Positions 28,038 through 39,986 of a stretch of 64,000 nt of DNA are shown in pieces. The position numbers and the translations under genes were made by a program. This DNA comes from an uncultured Candidatus Saccharibacteria bacterium (GTDB taxonomy: Bacteria > Patescibacteriota > Minisyncoccia > Phycocordibacterales > JACNGX01), in NCBI GenBank assembly GCA_964621395.1, contig CAZULS010000001.1:245106-309105 (forward strand), given 5' to 3'. The notes under the pieces were generated by a model that saw only the letters and a list, made by a program, of their open reading frames with translations, made no database searches and was not told the DNA's origin. Position 1 is the stretch's first letter. Each line of letters starts with the position of its first letter.

Positions 28038-29186
28038 ATGGCTGATTTTCTCAAACAAATCACGTCTTCTTTCTTGTCGGTAAAAAATAGTAGCGTCATT
28101 GGCATCGATATTGGATCGTCGTTTATGAAGGTAGTGCAGTTGAAGCGCAAAGGAGGGAAAGCCGTCTTGGAGACATACGGTGAACTTGCATTGGGACCAT
28201 ATGCTGACGCGGCAATTGGTCAAGCGACACAATTATCTCCCGATAAAATCGCTCCAATTCTTCTCGACCTTCTGAAAGAGGCAAATGCTACAACAAAAAA
28301 TGCCGGTGTGTCGCTGCCACTACAGTCGAGCTTATTGTCGCTTATGAAGATGCCGAATGTCGACGAGAAAAAGCTTGCCCAGATGATTCCACTTGAAGCG
28401 CGGAAATATATTCCGGTTCCTGTTTCCGAAGTGTCACTTGACTGGTGGGTGCTTCCGAAAAGAAAGGAACAGATTGTGGATGGAAGCGATCCAACAAAGG
28501 TGGAAGAAGAGGGGAAAGAGAACAGAGCGCCCGAAGGAAACATGGTTGATGTATTGGTTGTGGCACTTCTCAATGAAACAATCAATAACTATAATACAAT
28601 TATCTCTTCTTCCGGTTTAGAGAACACTTTTCTTGAGCTCGAGGTATTTAGCACGGTGAGGAGCACCTTCGGTCATACGTCTGCTCCGGTTCTCATTTTT
28701 GATATGGGTGCGCGAACAACAAAAATTGCCATTATGGAATACGGCATTATTCGCGCCCAACATATTATCAATCGCGGATCGCAAAATATTACCGTTGCCC
28801 TCTCTGAATCACTCGGTGTGCCAATTGCTCGTGCAGAACAAATCAAACGCGATGTTGGCCTCACTGGAGAGGGAAACAATGCAGACGCGTCGGCAACCGC
28901 ACAGCTTGTTGTTGATCATGTTCTTGCAGAAACACAAACAGTACTTCTTGACTATGAGCGGAAATATAATCGCATGATTAAGCAAATAGTACTCACCGGA
29001 GGAGGAGTGCTCTTGAAAGGGCTGTACGAAAGAGCCGACCGGGAATTTGAGACAGAAGTAACCTACGCTGATCCATTTGCTCGTACCGAAGCGCCGGCAT
29101 TCTTGCACCCTGTTCTTCGTGATGCCGGTCCGGAATTTGCTGTTGCCATTGGGCTGGCTCTGCGTAAACTTGAAGAGCAATCATAA
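28038..29186 (+). CDS. pilM: Type IV pilus assembly protein PilM (actin-like ATPase)
   Basis: 382 aa; GIDIGSSFMKVVQL N-terminus. Confidence 0.8.
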   Translation: MADFLKQITSSFLSVKNSSVIGIDIGSSFMKVVQLKRKGGKAVLETYGELALGPYADAAIGQATQLSPDKIAPILLDLLKEANATTKNAGVSLPLQSSLLSLMKMPNVDEKKLAQMIPLEARKYIPVPVSEVSLDWWVLPKRKEQIVDGSDPTKVEEEGKENRAPEGNMVDVLVVALLNETINNYNTIISSSGLENTFLELEVFSTVRSTFGHTSAPVLIFDMGARTTKIAIMEYGIIRAQHIINRGSQNITVALSESLGVPIARAEQIKRDVGLTGEGNNADASATAQLVVDHVLAETQTVLLDYERKYNRMIKQIVLTGGGVLLKGLYERADREFETEVTYADPFARTEAPAFLHPVLRDAGPEFAVAIGLALRKLEEQS

Positions 29187-29353
29187 TTCAGCCCCGCCCT
29201 TTTGTACCACGTTCGGGAGAATGTATGTCTCAAAGTAACAACATCATTTTCAGTCTAATGCCACAACGTGCTCGGTACAAAAGGGCGGGGCTAGGTTAAT
29301 CCACAAGACATTGCTTTTGTCGAAGAGAAAAAAAGTGCATAATAAAGATACCT

Positions 29354-29923
29354 ATGACACCCGCTACCACTTCTTTTATTCCCAAACAATCAGCCCCTGA
29401 AAAACGAAAACGACGTACGTCGGGTTTACGTTTTCTTGTTGTTATCGGGGGAATTGTCTTCTTCGGTTCACTTGCTGCTGCAGGCGGTGTGTATGGGTAT
29501 GAGCAATTTCTGACAAATCAAATCAGCCAGATGCGCGCATCGCTTGAACACAATCAATCAACACTCAGCGCTAAAGATATCAGCGAATGGAAACGTCTTG
29601 ACGACCGTATCATGACGCTCGAGGATATCCTCCATCAGCACGTCGCCTTCTCATATTTTTTCGGCATACTTGGAGATGCAACATTGAAAAATGTGTGGTT
29701 CTCTCAGTTTGAATATGAATTTTCAAGTGAAGGAGCGCTCATCACGCTCTCCGGTGAAGCGCCCGATTACAGCACGGTCGTTTCTCAATCAGACATCTTT
29801 GGCCGCCACGAAATGATACAGGACCCTATTTTTGCAGACTTAAGTCTCGATGAAGCAGGAAATGTTTCATTTAGTGTAACATTTTCTGTTGATGCGGACG
29901 TTATATTGTACGATGCAAAGTAA
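29354..29923 (+). CDS. PilN-like single-pass membrane protein
   Basis: 189 aa; basic N-terminus, one TM (LVVIGGIVFFGSLAAAGGVYG), coiled-coil periplasmic part. Operon position after pilM. Confidence 0.4.
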   Translation: MTPATTSFIPKQSAPEKRKRRTSGLRFLVVIGGIVFFGSLAAAGGVYGYEQFLTNQISQMRASLEHNQSTLSAKDISEWKRLDDRIMTLEDILHQHVAFSYFFGILGDATLKNVWFSQFEYEFSSEGALITLSGEAPDYSTVVSQSDIFGRHEMIQDPIFADLSLDEAGNVSFSVTFSVDADVILYDAK

Positions 29924-29927
29924 TGTA

Positions 29928-30125
29928 TAGAACTCATCTCATGTTAAACCGCTGGAAACAACACTTTTCACTTCGTTCATATGCTTGGCAATTCTCGCAC
30001 CACATATTCGGCTGCACCTTGTCTCTCAACCGCACCGCACGAACAGTGCGGCACGGTCTCCGAGACATCGGCTCGCTCGAATATTCGGCACGAGAATAAG
30101 CCATTTAATATGAGATGAGTTCTAG
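29928..30125. repeat. MITE-like element, family 2, inserted between the pilN-like and pilO-like genes
   Basis: tagaactcatctcatgttaaa...ccatttaatatgagatgagttctag. Its terminal ATGAGTTCTAG supplies the ATG (30115) of the downstream gene. Confidence 0.7.
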
Positions 30126-30669
30126 TTACACCATGCCATATATTATCTTCACAATTGCACTGCTCGTTGCCGCCGGAGGCGTGTTTTTCGGATTTACCGA
30201 TGAGCGCTACGCGGTGATTCAAAATCTTGAGGAAGAAAAACACGAGCTTGCCCGGGCAGCTGATAAGATGAACGAGCTCAATGAAGTGCGCGATGAGCTT
30301 TTGACACGCCGAGCAGCGTTTTCTGCGCAAGATATTGAACGCCTCGAGAAGGCGCTTCCCGATAATGTCGATAATATTCGTTTAATTAACGATCTGAACG
30401 GTATTGCGTCGCAGTACAATATGTCGGTTCGTGGGGCATCAATATCGTTTGCCACAGACGCTTCCGGCGACATTATTGTCGATGAGGATGCATACGGTGT
30501 TGTGACCGTTGATTTTTCCGTGTCCGGCCCATATCAGACATTTCTCAATTTCCTTGATAAGCTGGAACAGAGCTTGCGCATCGTTGACGTGAGGAGTATT
30601 TCATTTTCTTCCAGCAAAGAAGACTTTTACGATTATCATATTTCCTTACAGACCTACTGGCTTCAGTAA
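30115..30669 (+). CDS. PilO-like membrane protein
   Basis: 184 aa; one N-terminal TM and a coiled coil; operon position. Its first codons (MSSS) are encoded by the MITE terminus. Confidence 0.4.
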   Translation: MSSSYTMPYIIFTIALLVAAGGVFFGFTDERYAVIQNLEEEKHELARAADKMNELNEVRDELLTRRAAFSAQDIERLEKALPDNVDNIRLINDLNGIASQYNMSVRGASISFATDASGDIIVDEDAYGVVTVDFSVSGPYQTFLNFLDKLEQSLRIVDVRSISFSSSKEDFYDYHISLQTYWLQ

Positions 30670-30690
30670 TAGAAGACACATAACAGTCAT

Positions 30691-31020
30691 ATGATGAATA
30701 TTCTTAAAAACAAAAAAATACTGATTGGTATCGCTATTATCATTGTCATTCTTCTGGGATATCAAATGTTTTTTGCTGGCGAAAACAATACCGGACCCTC
30801 TGTGGTCATAAGTAGCGCAGGAACACAATCGGAAACTGAACGTGATATTCTGAGGTTACTGACAGACCTTCGTTCGGTGAATTTAAGTCACGATCTTCTT
30901 GATACAAAAGTATTTTTGAGTCTCAAAGACTATAGTGTCTTTATCGAAGAAGGGCCAACAGGAAGACGTAATCCGTTTGAACCCGTTGGAGGAAATTCTC
31001 TTCCTTTGGAAGGGCAATAA
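30691..31020 (+). CDS. Small membrane protein in the PilP position
   Basis: 109 aa; N-terminal TM (ILIGIAIIIVILLGY). Confidence 0.3.
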   Translation: MMNILKNKKILIGIAIIIVILLGYQMFFAGENNTGPSVVISSAGTQSETERDILRLLTDLRSVNLSHDLLDTKVFLSLKDYSVFIEEGPTGRRNPFEPVGGNSLPLEGQ

Positions 31021-31119
31021 TTATTTTTTTGCTCGTGTATAATGATGCATTAAGCCGACAAGAATATATTTTCTTCCTTTAATTCCGTTGAGATTATAAA
31101 CAGGCTCTTAGTTCCACCC

Positions 31120-32835
31120 ATGGCTTTTCTTGATTATCTCTCACAAAAAAATATTATTGATCAACGCGCGGTGAAAGACGTGCAGAAGCGTGTATTTCAG
31201 GGGGGAGAAAGATTTGAAGAGGTACTTGCTTCTCATGGTGTTGAACCAAATCAGCTCCTTGCGTTTAGAAGTGAATATTCCAGTATTCCTGTGCGAGATC
31301 TTAAGGAAAAAGAGATTTCTTTTAAGTCACTTGAATACGCTCCGGAAGAATCAGCACTTCATTACCGCTTCCTTCCTCTTGGTATTGCGAACGATGTCCT
31401 CGAGGTTGGTATTGTTGATCCCGATAATATCGGTGCTCGTGATGCAGTACAGTTTATCGCCAATAAACTTGATGTGCCATTTAAGTTTTTTCTTATTTCG
31501 GAAGAAGATTTTATTGAGAATGCAAAGAAATACAAAGGTCTTTCCGGTGAAGTGAATAAAGCGCTCTCCGAACTTGAGACAGAGCTCGACGATACCGAGC
31601 GAGCAATTGCCAGCGTTGAGCCGGCACAAGATCTTTCCAAAACACGTATCATTGAGGATGCACCGGTGACGAAAATCGTTGCGGTGATTTTGCGTCATGC
31701 TATTGAAGGAAAAGCTTCCGACGTGCATGTAGAACCGCTCGAAGACAAGATACGAGTCCGTTTTCGTGTTGATGGTACCATGTATACAAGCTTGGTTCTT
31801 CCAAAGCAAGTCAATAATGCCGTCGTTGCCCGCATTAAGATTCTTACCGGAAGTATGAAGCTTGATGAGAAACGAAAGCCCCAAGACGGTCGTTTCTCGG
31901 CACATATTGAAGGAAGAAAAGTTGATTTTCGTGTGTCGACCTTCCCTACCTATTACGGTGAGAAAGTGGTGATGCGTATTTTGGATACGGAAAAAGGAGT
32001 CCTCTCCCTGACCGAACTTGGTATGACAGAGACTCAAAAGAAAGTCGTAGAAAAAGCAATTAATCGTCCGTACGGTATTATTCTTCTCACCGGACCAACC
32101 GGATCGGGAAAAACAACAACATTGTATTCAATGTTGAATGAACTTGATAGAAATTCCAACAATGTGGTGTCACTTGAGGATCCGGTGGAGTATAATATGG
32201 AAGGAGTGAGCCAGTCACAAGTGCGACCTGAGATCGGGTATACGTTTGCAGGAGGTTTGCGAAGTATTTTACGTCAGGACCCCGATATTATCATGGTCGG
32301 TGAGATTCGTGATAAAGAAACGGCACAACTCGCGATTCAGGCCGCGCTCACTGGTCACTTGGTGTTTTCAACACTCCATACCAATACGGCGACGGGTGTG
32401 ATTCCACGACTTGTGGATATGGGTGTTGATCCATACCTCATTGCTCCGACCCTCGTTCTGGCGATTGGTCAGCGCTTGTTGCCACGTATATGTCCGGAGG
32501 CGAAAAAAGAACGGCTGTTTGAAGGAGGTATGAAGGAAATGGTTGAGAAACAAATCGAAGATATGCCGGAAGAAAAGAAAGAGCTCTTTCGGGGGGCTAC
32601 TCATGTGTATGAGGCGCAACCGACAGAAGAGTGTCCTTCGGGGACACGCGGGCGTATCGGTATCTTCGAGATGTTTGAAGTCGATGCGGATATTGAGACT
32701 GTTATTGTTTCTAATCCTGTGGAGGAAGATATCTACGCCATTGCACGAAAGAAGGGTATGCTTACGATGAAAGAAGATGCGGTATTGAAGTCGTTTGATG
32801 GGCAAGTCTCTTTCGATGAAATTAGCTTCTTATAA
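31120..32835 (+). CDS. pilB: Type IV pilus assembly ATPase PilB (GspE family)
   Basis: 571 aa; Walker A GPTGSGKTTTLYSML; Asp and His boxes; tetracysteine motif. Confidence 0.9.
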   Translation: MAFLDYLSQKNIIDQRAVKDVQKRVFQGGERFEEVLASHGVEPNQLLAFRSEYSSIPVRDLKEKEISFKSLEYAPEESALHYRFLPLGIANDVLEVGIVDPDNIGARDAVQFIANKLDVPFKFFLISEEDFIENAKKYKGLSGEVNKALSELETELDDTERAIASVEPAQDLSKTRIIEDAPVTKIVAVILRHAIEGKASDVHVEPLEDKIRVRFRVDGTMYTSLVLPKQVNNAVVARIKILTGSMKLDEKRKPQDGRFSAHIEGRKVDFRVSTFPTYYGEKVVMRILDTEKGVLSLTELGMTETQKKVVEKAINRPYGIILLTGPTGSGKTTTLYSMLNELDRNSNNVVSLEDPVEYNMEGVSQSQVRPEIGYTFAGGLRSILRQDPDIIMVGEIRDKETAQLAIQAALTGHLVFSTLHTNTATGVIPRLVDMGVDPYLIAPTLVLAIGQRLLPRICPEAKKERLFEGGMKEMVEKQIEDMPEEKKELFRGATHVYEAQPTEECPSGTRGRIGIFEMFEVDADIETVIVSNPVEEDIYAIARKKGMLTMKEDAVLKSFDGQVSFDEISFL

Positions 32836-32938
32836 GAACCAGTTTCAGAAAAACGGCTTGTTCTTACGCCCAAACAGCGAGTGCGTAGCTCCGAAATGAG
32901 ATCATCTCATTTTACAAGGTTTTCAGTGAGACTGGTTC
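32835..32938. repeat. MITE-like element, family 2 short form (about 104 nt)
   Basis: agaaccagtttcagaaaaacggcttgttcttacgcc...cagtgagactggttc, between pilB and the receiver gene. Confidence 0.6.
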
Positions 32939-32957
32939 AAGGTATAATACTTTGTGT

Positions 32958-33347
32958 ATGGCACAAGAAACACACAAACCAACAGTTCTTATCATCGATG
33001 ATGACAAATTTCTCCTGGACATGTATGCTTTAAAGTTTTCTCAGGATGGTTTTTCCGTTGTGGCTGAGCCGGCGGCGGACCGTGCCCTTGAGCGTCTACG
33101 TGATGGATTTCTCCCCGACGTCATTCTCACTGATGTACTCATGCCGGGAGTGGACGGCTTTACCTTTCTGAAGCATATTCAGAACGAGAAGTTGGCTCAA
33201 AAGTCAAAGATTATCGTATTATCCAATAAGGGTGAAAAACACGATATTGATCAGGGGGTGTCGCTTGGTGCTGATGGCTACATTATCAAGGCAAGCATGA
33301 TCCCATCTGAGGTTGTTGACAAAGTGCGTTCGATAATGGATAAGTAA
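32958..33347 (+). CDS. Response regulator receiver domain protein (CheY-like, stand-alone)
   Basis: ATG 8 nt after a TATAAT box (32944-32949). VLIIDDD, phospho-acceptor Asp in ILTDVLMPGVDG, conserved Lys. Confidence 0.7.
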   Translation: MAQETHKPTVLIIDDDKFLLDMYALKFSQDGFSVVAEPAADRALERLRDGFLPDVILTDVLMPGVDGFTFLKHIQNEKLAQKSKIIVLSNKGEKHDIDQGVSLGADGYIIKASMIPSEVVDKVRSIMDK

Positions 33348-33528
33348 CTTTTATCCACAGAGGGTGCTTTTAGGGTATATAAAATGGTATAATGAACCTA
33401 TCCTGTTTATAAAGGTGTTCGGCATATGGTTTGGCGATAAGAGCGCTCTTGTCGTGTCATCGTGTGCTGAACGGTATGTGTGATAAAAACGTACCACTTT
33501 TAACCATTTATTTCTTTTTATTTTCATT

Positions 33529-33978
33529 ATGATGAAACCCAATCGAGGTTTTACCCTCATTGAACTTCTTGTGGTGATCGCAATCATCGGTATCCTTTCT
33601 TCCGTTGTGCTTGCATCACTCAATTCTGCACGTGAGAAATCACGTGACGCACGTCGTATCTCCGACATTAAACAGCTTCAGCTTGCTCTTGAGCTGTACT
33701 TTGACGACAACAGTGCATATCCGTCGGCGACAACATCGGGATTGGCGCCAACATACATTCCGGCGGTTCCGGTTGATCCGTTGGGTGATCCGTACCCGTA
33801 TGCAAACGCGACAACAGGTACTGACGGCTATTGTGTCGGTGCAAACCTTGAAGACACGACTCACAATGCACTACAGACCGATGCGGATGAAACGCAATGT
33901 GACAACTTCGATGGCGAAGATGACTCCGACGGTTGTGGCGGTGAAACAAATGTTGCGTGTTACGACATTCGTGACTAA
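33529..33978 (+). CDS. pilA: Type IV major pilin (PilA-like)
   Basis: MMKPNRGFTLIELLVVIAIIGIL: a class III signal with G-1, F+1 and E+5. 149 aa with C-terminal Cys pairs. Confidence 0.75.
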   Translation: MMKPNRGFTLIELLVVIAIIGILSSVVLASLNSAREKSRDARRISDIKQLQLALELYFDDNSAYPSATTSGLAPTYIPAVPVDPLGDPYPYANATTGTDGYCVGANLEDTTHNALQTDADETQCDNFDGEDDSDGCGGETNVACYDIRD

Positions 33979-34087
33979 TGATTGTCTCAGAGCCTGTTCA
34001 TAGTCTCAACGTAAAAAAATACGAACAGGCTCTTACCAACACCAAAAAATCCGCCCGAGGCGGATTTTTTGGTGTATACTGTAGGGA

Positions 34088-34912
34088 ATGATAACTCTTG
34101 CATATATCCTCGTTTTTGTATTCGGCGCAATCATAGGGAGCTTTCTCAATGTGCTTATTTTGCGTCATGGTACCGGTCGCTCCTTCGTTTCTGACCGTTC
34201 AGCGTGTTGGAGTTGTGGGAAAACTCTCGGGTGGTATGAGCTTGTGCCAATTGTGAGTTATGTCGTTTTGCGTGGGAAGTGTTCCGCATGTAAGACGCGT
34301 ATTTCCCTCCAATATCCGATTGTTGAGTTTCTCACAGGAGCGCTTTTTGTGCTCGGTACATGGAGTATTATTGATATACTGTTTCTCCCTCTGTGGGGAA
34401 TTGTTTCCTTGGCGGTGCTCCTTGCCCTCATCATATCGCTTTCTGTCATGATCACATTCTACGATATTCGCCACACCATTATTCCCAATATGTGGGTCTA
34501 TGTGTTCGCCGCTACCACTCTTCTCTATACGGCAGTCTTTCATATGGCTGCATACGGCACTCTCGCAGAGTGGTCGGTGTGGGACATGGCAGCCGGACCA
34601 ATCCTCTCATTGCCATTTGTTGCTCTTTGGCTCTTTTCCAAGGGAAAGGTAATGGGTCTGGGAGACGCAAAGCTCGTCCTTGGTATCGGCTGGCTTCTTG
34701 GACTCATGGGCGGACTCTCGGCGCTCATCCTTGGATTTTGGTGTGGAGCAATTACAGGACTCATACTCATGGGTATGCACAGGGTAAAAGGATTGTTCGG
34801 TATACAGAAACGGTTTACAATGAAGAGTGAAATTCCTTTCGGTCCGTTTCTTCTCCTTGGTATGTATATTGTTTTCTTTTTTCACATTCAAGCACTCTAT
34901 CTCTTTATTTAA
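34088..34912 (+). CDS. pilD: Prepilin peptidase (A24 family, PilD)
   Basis: 274 aa; N-terminal CxxC...CxxC zinc motif (CWSCGKT...CSACKT); multi-TM with catalytic Asp pair. Confidence 0.8.
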   Translation: MITLAYILVFVFGAIIGSFLNVLILRHGTGRSFVSDRSACWSCGKTLGWYELVPIVSYVVLRGKCSACKTRISLQYPIVEFLTGALFVLGTWSIIDILFLPLWGIVSLAVLLALIISLSVMITFYDIRHTIIPNMWVYVFAATTLLYTAVFHMAAYGTLAEWSVWDMAAGPILSLPFVALWLFSKGKVMGLGDAKLVLGIGWLLGLMGGLSALILGFWCGAITGLILMGMHRVKGLFGIQKRFTMKSEIPFGPFLLLGMYIVFFFHIQALYLFI

Positions 34913-34915
34913 GAC

Positions 34916-35566
34916 ATGAGCACATTTTCATTACCGAGCATAAAAGGATTTACCCTCATCGAACTTATGGTTGTCGTCGGTATTTTCGCATTCATGAGCG
35001 CGCTTATTCTCGCGAATTACCCTCGATTCAACGCACAAATCATCCTTGAGAATACGGCACATGAAGTGGCACTTGAAGTGCGCCAAGCTCAAAGCTTCGG
35101 ACTCGGTGTGCGTGAGACATCTCGTGGTTCAGAGGAGTATCCGGCGTATGGTGTATATATTGATGAGATTGACGGTGATTCTGAAAACAAAACAAAAGTA
35201 CATCTCTATGCTGATGAAGATGAAAGTCAAACGTATACAAACATGGCAGAACGCATCGAAGTTCTCACCCTCCGCAATCATTATGTGGCGGCATTGTGTG
35301 GGGATATGAAAAAAGATTACCCTTCAGTTGGTCCATTTCGAACAATCGATGAGGTTATTGATTTCAGTAATGCACATCCTTTGTATTGTGATAAAGACAG
35401 TATTGATATTCTCTTCACGCGCCCAAATCCGGATGCTGCATTAAAGAGTTACATCGATGGTGGGTCGGAAACTGAACACAATGATATCGCTATTATTGTA
35501 TCAACACCAAAGGGGGATGTGCGGAGTGTCGTGGTGTGGTCGACAGGGCAAATTACCGTTGAATAA
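34916..35566 (+). CDS. Pseudopilin / minor pilin (prepilin-type N-terminal cleavage/methylation domain)
   Basis: KGFTLIELMVVVGIFAFMSALIL. Confidence 0.6.
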   Translation: MSTFSLPSIKGFTLIELMVVVGIFAFMSALILANYPRFNAQIILENTAHEVALEVRQAQSFGLGVRETSRGSEEYPAYGVYIDEIDGDSENKTKVHLYADEDESQTYTNMAERIEVLTLRNHYVAALCGDMKKDYPSVGPFRTIDEVIDFSNAHPLYCDKDSIDILFTRPNPDAALKSYIDGGSETEHNDIAIIVSTPKGDVRSVVVWSTGQITVE

Positions 35567-35572
35567 CATACT

Positions 35573-36106
35573 ATGCAAACTTCTTTCCATATACATATCC
35601 ATACCAGAGGTTTTACACTCGTTGAAATGATTGTGTCAGTGGCTATTTTTGCGACGGTAGTCTTAATTGCCGTTGGCGCACTTCTTTCGATTATCGATGT
35701 GAACAGAAAAGCAAATGAACTCCGGGTTGTGATGGAAAATCTCAATTTCGCTGTCGAAAGTATTGCACGCGATGTCCGTACGGGAACAGATTATGGATGT
35801 GCAACCATCCCGGGGAATTGTGATGATGGGAGCGAACTTTACTTTATTGATCAAGGAGGAGACGATGTAAGGTACGCACTTACAGGCACTGCTATCACTC
35901 GACGTGTAGAGAGTGGAGGAGACGTGATCCCTGTGACCTCCTCAGAAATTATTATTGAGGGTCTTCACTTTTGGGTACGTGGTGTGGGTCCTGACCAAAA
36001 ACAACCCCGTGTACTTATGACCGTACAGGGCATGGCGGGTGTGGAAGGAAAGAATGAGACGCGGTTTAGCTTGCAGACGACGATTTCACAACGCGATACT
36101 GAATAA
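35573..36106 (+). CDS. Pseudopilin / minor pilin
   Basis: RGFTLVEMIVSVAIFATVVLIAV. Confidence 0.6.
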   Translation: MQTSFHIHIHTRGFTLVEMIVSVAIFATVVLIAVGALLSIIDVNRKANELRVVMENLNFAVESIARDVRTGTDYGCATIPGNCDDGSELYFIDQGGDDVRYALTGTAITRRVESGGDVIPVTSSEIIIEGLHFWVRGVGPDQKQPRVLMTVQGMAGVEGKNETRFSLQTTISQRDTE

Positions 36107-36108
36107 CT

Positions 36109-36648
36109 ATGAGAAAAAAGGTAACAAACACAAGAGGGTTCTCACTCATCGAAACACTGATTGCAGTGTCGGTGCTTATGATGGCTGTTGCCGGACCGCT
36201 TTCAATTGCGGCGCGTGGGCTTATTTCTGCGCAATTTGCTCGAGATCAAATTATTGCATTTCATTTGGCACGGGAAGCAACCGAACTTATCCGTAACAAG
36301 CGGGATGCGAATATTCTTGCGGGGCAAGGCTGGCTCGAAGGAATGACAGCGTTACCGAATTGTCTTACGCCGAATGTGTGTCGTGTAAGTCCAACAGAAG
36401 GGGATGTAACGTTTACATTATGCTCAGGGGGTGTGTGTGATCCACTCTCTATACACACAACAAACGGTGTGTACGATTACGATTCAGGAACTGATTGGCG
36501 AGAATCACGATTTATACGAAGTATTTCTTTCGAACAAGTTCCCAATCATGCAGATAATGAAATCATTGCCAATATAACAATTGAGTGGAGTACAGGATCG
36601 CTTTCAAAAGAGTTTACCATTACCGAACATTTCTTCAACTGGAAATAG
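36109..36648 (+). CDS. Pseudopilin / minor pilin
   Basis: RGFSLIETLIAVSVLMMAVAGPL. Confidence 0.6.
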   Translation: MRKKVTNTRGFSLIETLIAVSVLMMAVAGPLSIAARGLISAQFARDQIIAFHLAREATELIRNKRDANILAGQGWLEGMTALPNCLTPNVCRVSPTEGDVTFTLCSGGVCDPLSIHTTNGVYDYDSGTDWRESRFIRSISFEQVPNHADNEIIANITIEWSTGSLSKEFTITEHFFNWK

Positions 36649-36679
36649 GTATACATATATCGTATGACGTATCATCTTT

Positions 36680-36877
36680 CTAGAACCAGTCTCACTGAAA
36701 ATGGCTTGTTCTCACGCCCAAACAGCGAGCGAGCCGACGTCGCGGAGACCGTGCCGCACTGCCGTGCGGTGCGGTTGAGCGACAAGGCGCAGCCGCCACG
36801 TGGGCGTGGGAACTGCCAAGCGCAGCTCTTGAATATGTTTCCATTATTTTTCAATGTTTTCAGTGAGACTGGTTCTA
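36680..36877. repeat. MITE-like element, family 2
   Basis: ctagaaccagtctcactgaaaatggcttgttctcacgcc...gggaactgccaagcg...cagtgagactggttcta. It overlaps the 5' part of track ORF 36664 and contains the only in-frame ATG (36835) for the downstream pilin-like gene. Confidence 0.7.
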
Positions 36878-37401
36878 ACAATGTACACAATCGAGGGTTC
36901 GCTATTTTGTTTGCCGTGCTTGTTTCTGGTATTCTCCACACGATTGGTTTGGGTATTTTTAGTATTACCTATAAAGAACTTCTCCTTTCGTCATCTGATC
37001 GCGAATCGCAAGTTGCTTTTTATGCGGCTGATACGGGAACGGAATGTGCACTCTACTGGGATATTCAGCACCCTGATACGCCATATAGTGTATTTGGCCT
37101 TGTGCTATCTCCGGCGACAACAAGTCCTCCAGACGAAAGTAGCCCTATCTTGTGCGGGAATCAGGACGTTATATTAAACGGATACTGGAGTCCGGGAGGG
37201 ATGGCAGCGCCAATTGAGACAACGTTTCGTATTGAGAACATTGGTGGGACGAGTGCATGTGCTGATGTGACGGTTACGAAAGATTATGATTCAGGGGAGG
37301 GAAAGAGGACAACTCAAATTGATTCACGTGGATTTAACACGTGTGACACCAATGCATCACGACGCGCCGAGCGTGGTTTGCGGGTTGAGTATTCGATATA
37401 A
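36835..37401 (+). CDS. Degenerate pilin-like protein
   Basis: MFPLFFNVFSETGSNNVHNRGFAILFAVLVSGILHTIGL: a pilin-like G-F hydrophobic N-terminus lacking E+5. The start codon is inside the MITE. The rest of track ORF 36664 is translated MITE. Confidence 0.35.
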   Translation: MFPLFFNVFSETGSNNVHNRGFAILFAVLVSGILHTIGLGIFSITYKELLLSSSDRESQVAFYAADTGTECALYWDIQHPDTPYSVFGLVLSPATTSPPDESSPILCGNQDVILNGYWSPGGMAAPIETTFRIENIGGTSACADVTVTKDYDSGEGKRTTQIDSRGFNTCDTNASRRAERGLRVEYSI

Positions 37402-37437
37402 CACAAGGAGAATAGGAGATTAAATATTAATCATTAA

Positions 37438-39504
<2,067 letters not shown>

Positions 39505-39698
39505 ATACATTATCACTGTCATTCCCGCCCCCGAGCTGGAATCCTGCTGTAATTGATTCGGAAGATAAGTTAGAAAGAAGCCGCGACACTAAAGGTGCCG
39601 CGACATCTTTTTCTTTTTTACATATTTATATCTGTCATCCAAATTTCCCTCTAAGCTAAAAGCTATCAGCTACAAGCTCTATATGCTATACTACCCCT

Positions 39699-39986
39699 AT
39701 GACACAAGAGGAATTGCAGAATCTGGCAAATCTCTGCCGGATTGATATGGATGAAAAAGAGCTCGAAGCTATCGGAGGGGACATCGCCTCCATTTTGTCG
39801 TATGTGGAGCATATTTCCGAGGCAACGACTGACGATCACCGCGCAGAAGCAGGCATCCACAGAAATGTCATGCGTGAAGATGAGAACCCGGCAGAAAGCG
39901 GCACCCACACTGAAGATATCCTGAAAGCAGCACCGCGCACGGAGAACGGTTTTATTGCGGTGAAAAATATGTTTAAGAAATCATGA
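39699..39986 (+). CDS. gatC: Asp/Glu-tRNA amidotransferase subunit C
   Basis: 95 aa; LANLCRIDMDEKELEAIGGDIASILSYVEHI. Its stop overlaps the gatA start (ATGA). Confidence 0.75.
   Translation: MTQEELQNLANLCRIDMDEKELEAIGGDIASILSYVEHISEATTDDHRAEAGIHRNVMREDENPAESGTHTEDILKAAPRTENGFIAVKNMFKKS

Noticed and set aside
36664-36834. 5' 57 codons of track ORF 36664..37401 (MTYHLSRTSLTENGLFSRPNSERADVAETVPHCRAV...)
   Set aside because: This stretch is a translated family-2 MITE (36680..36877); the same 'peptide' pattern appears wherever the element occurs. The real gene most plausibly starts at ATG 36835.
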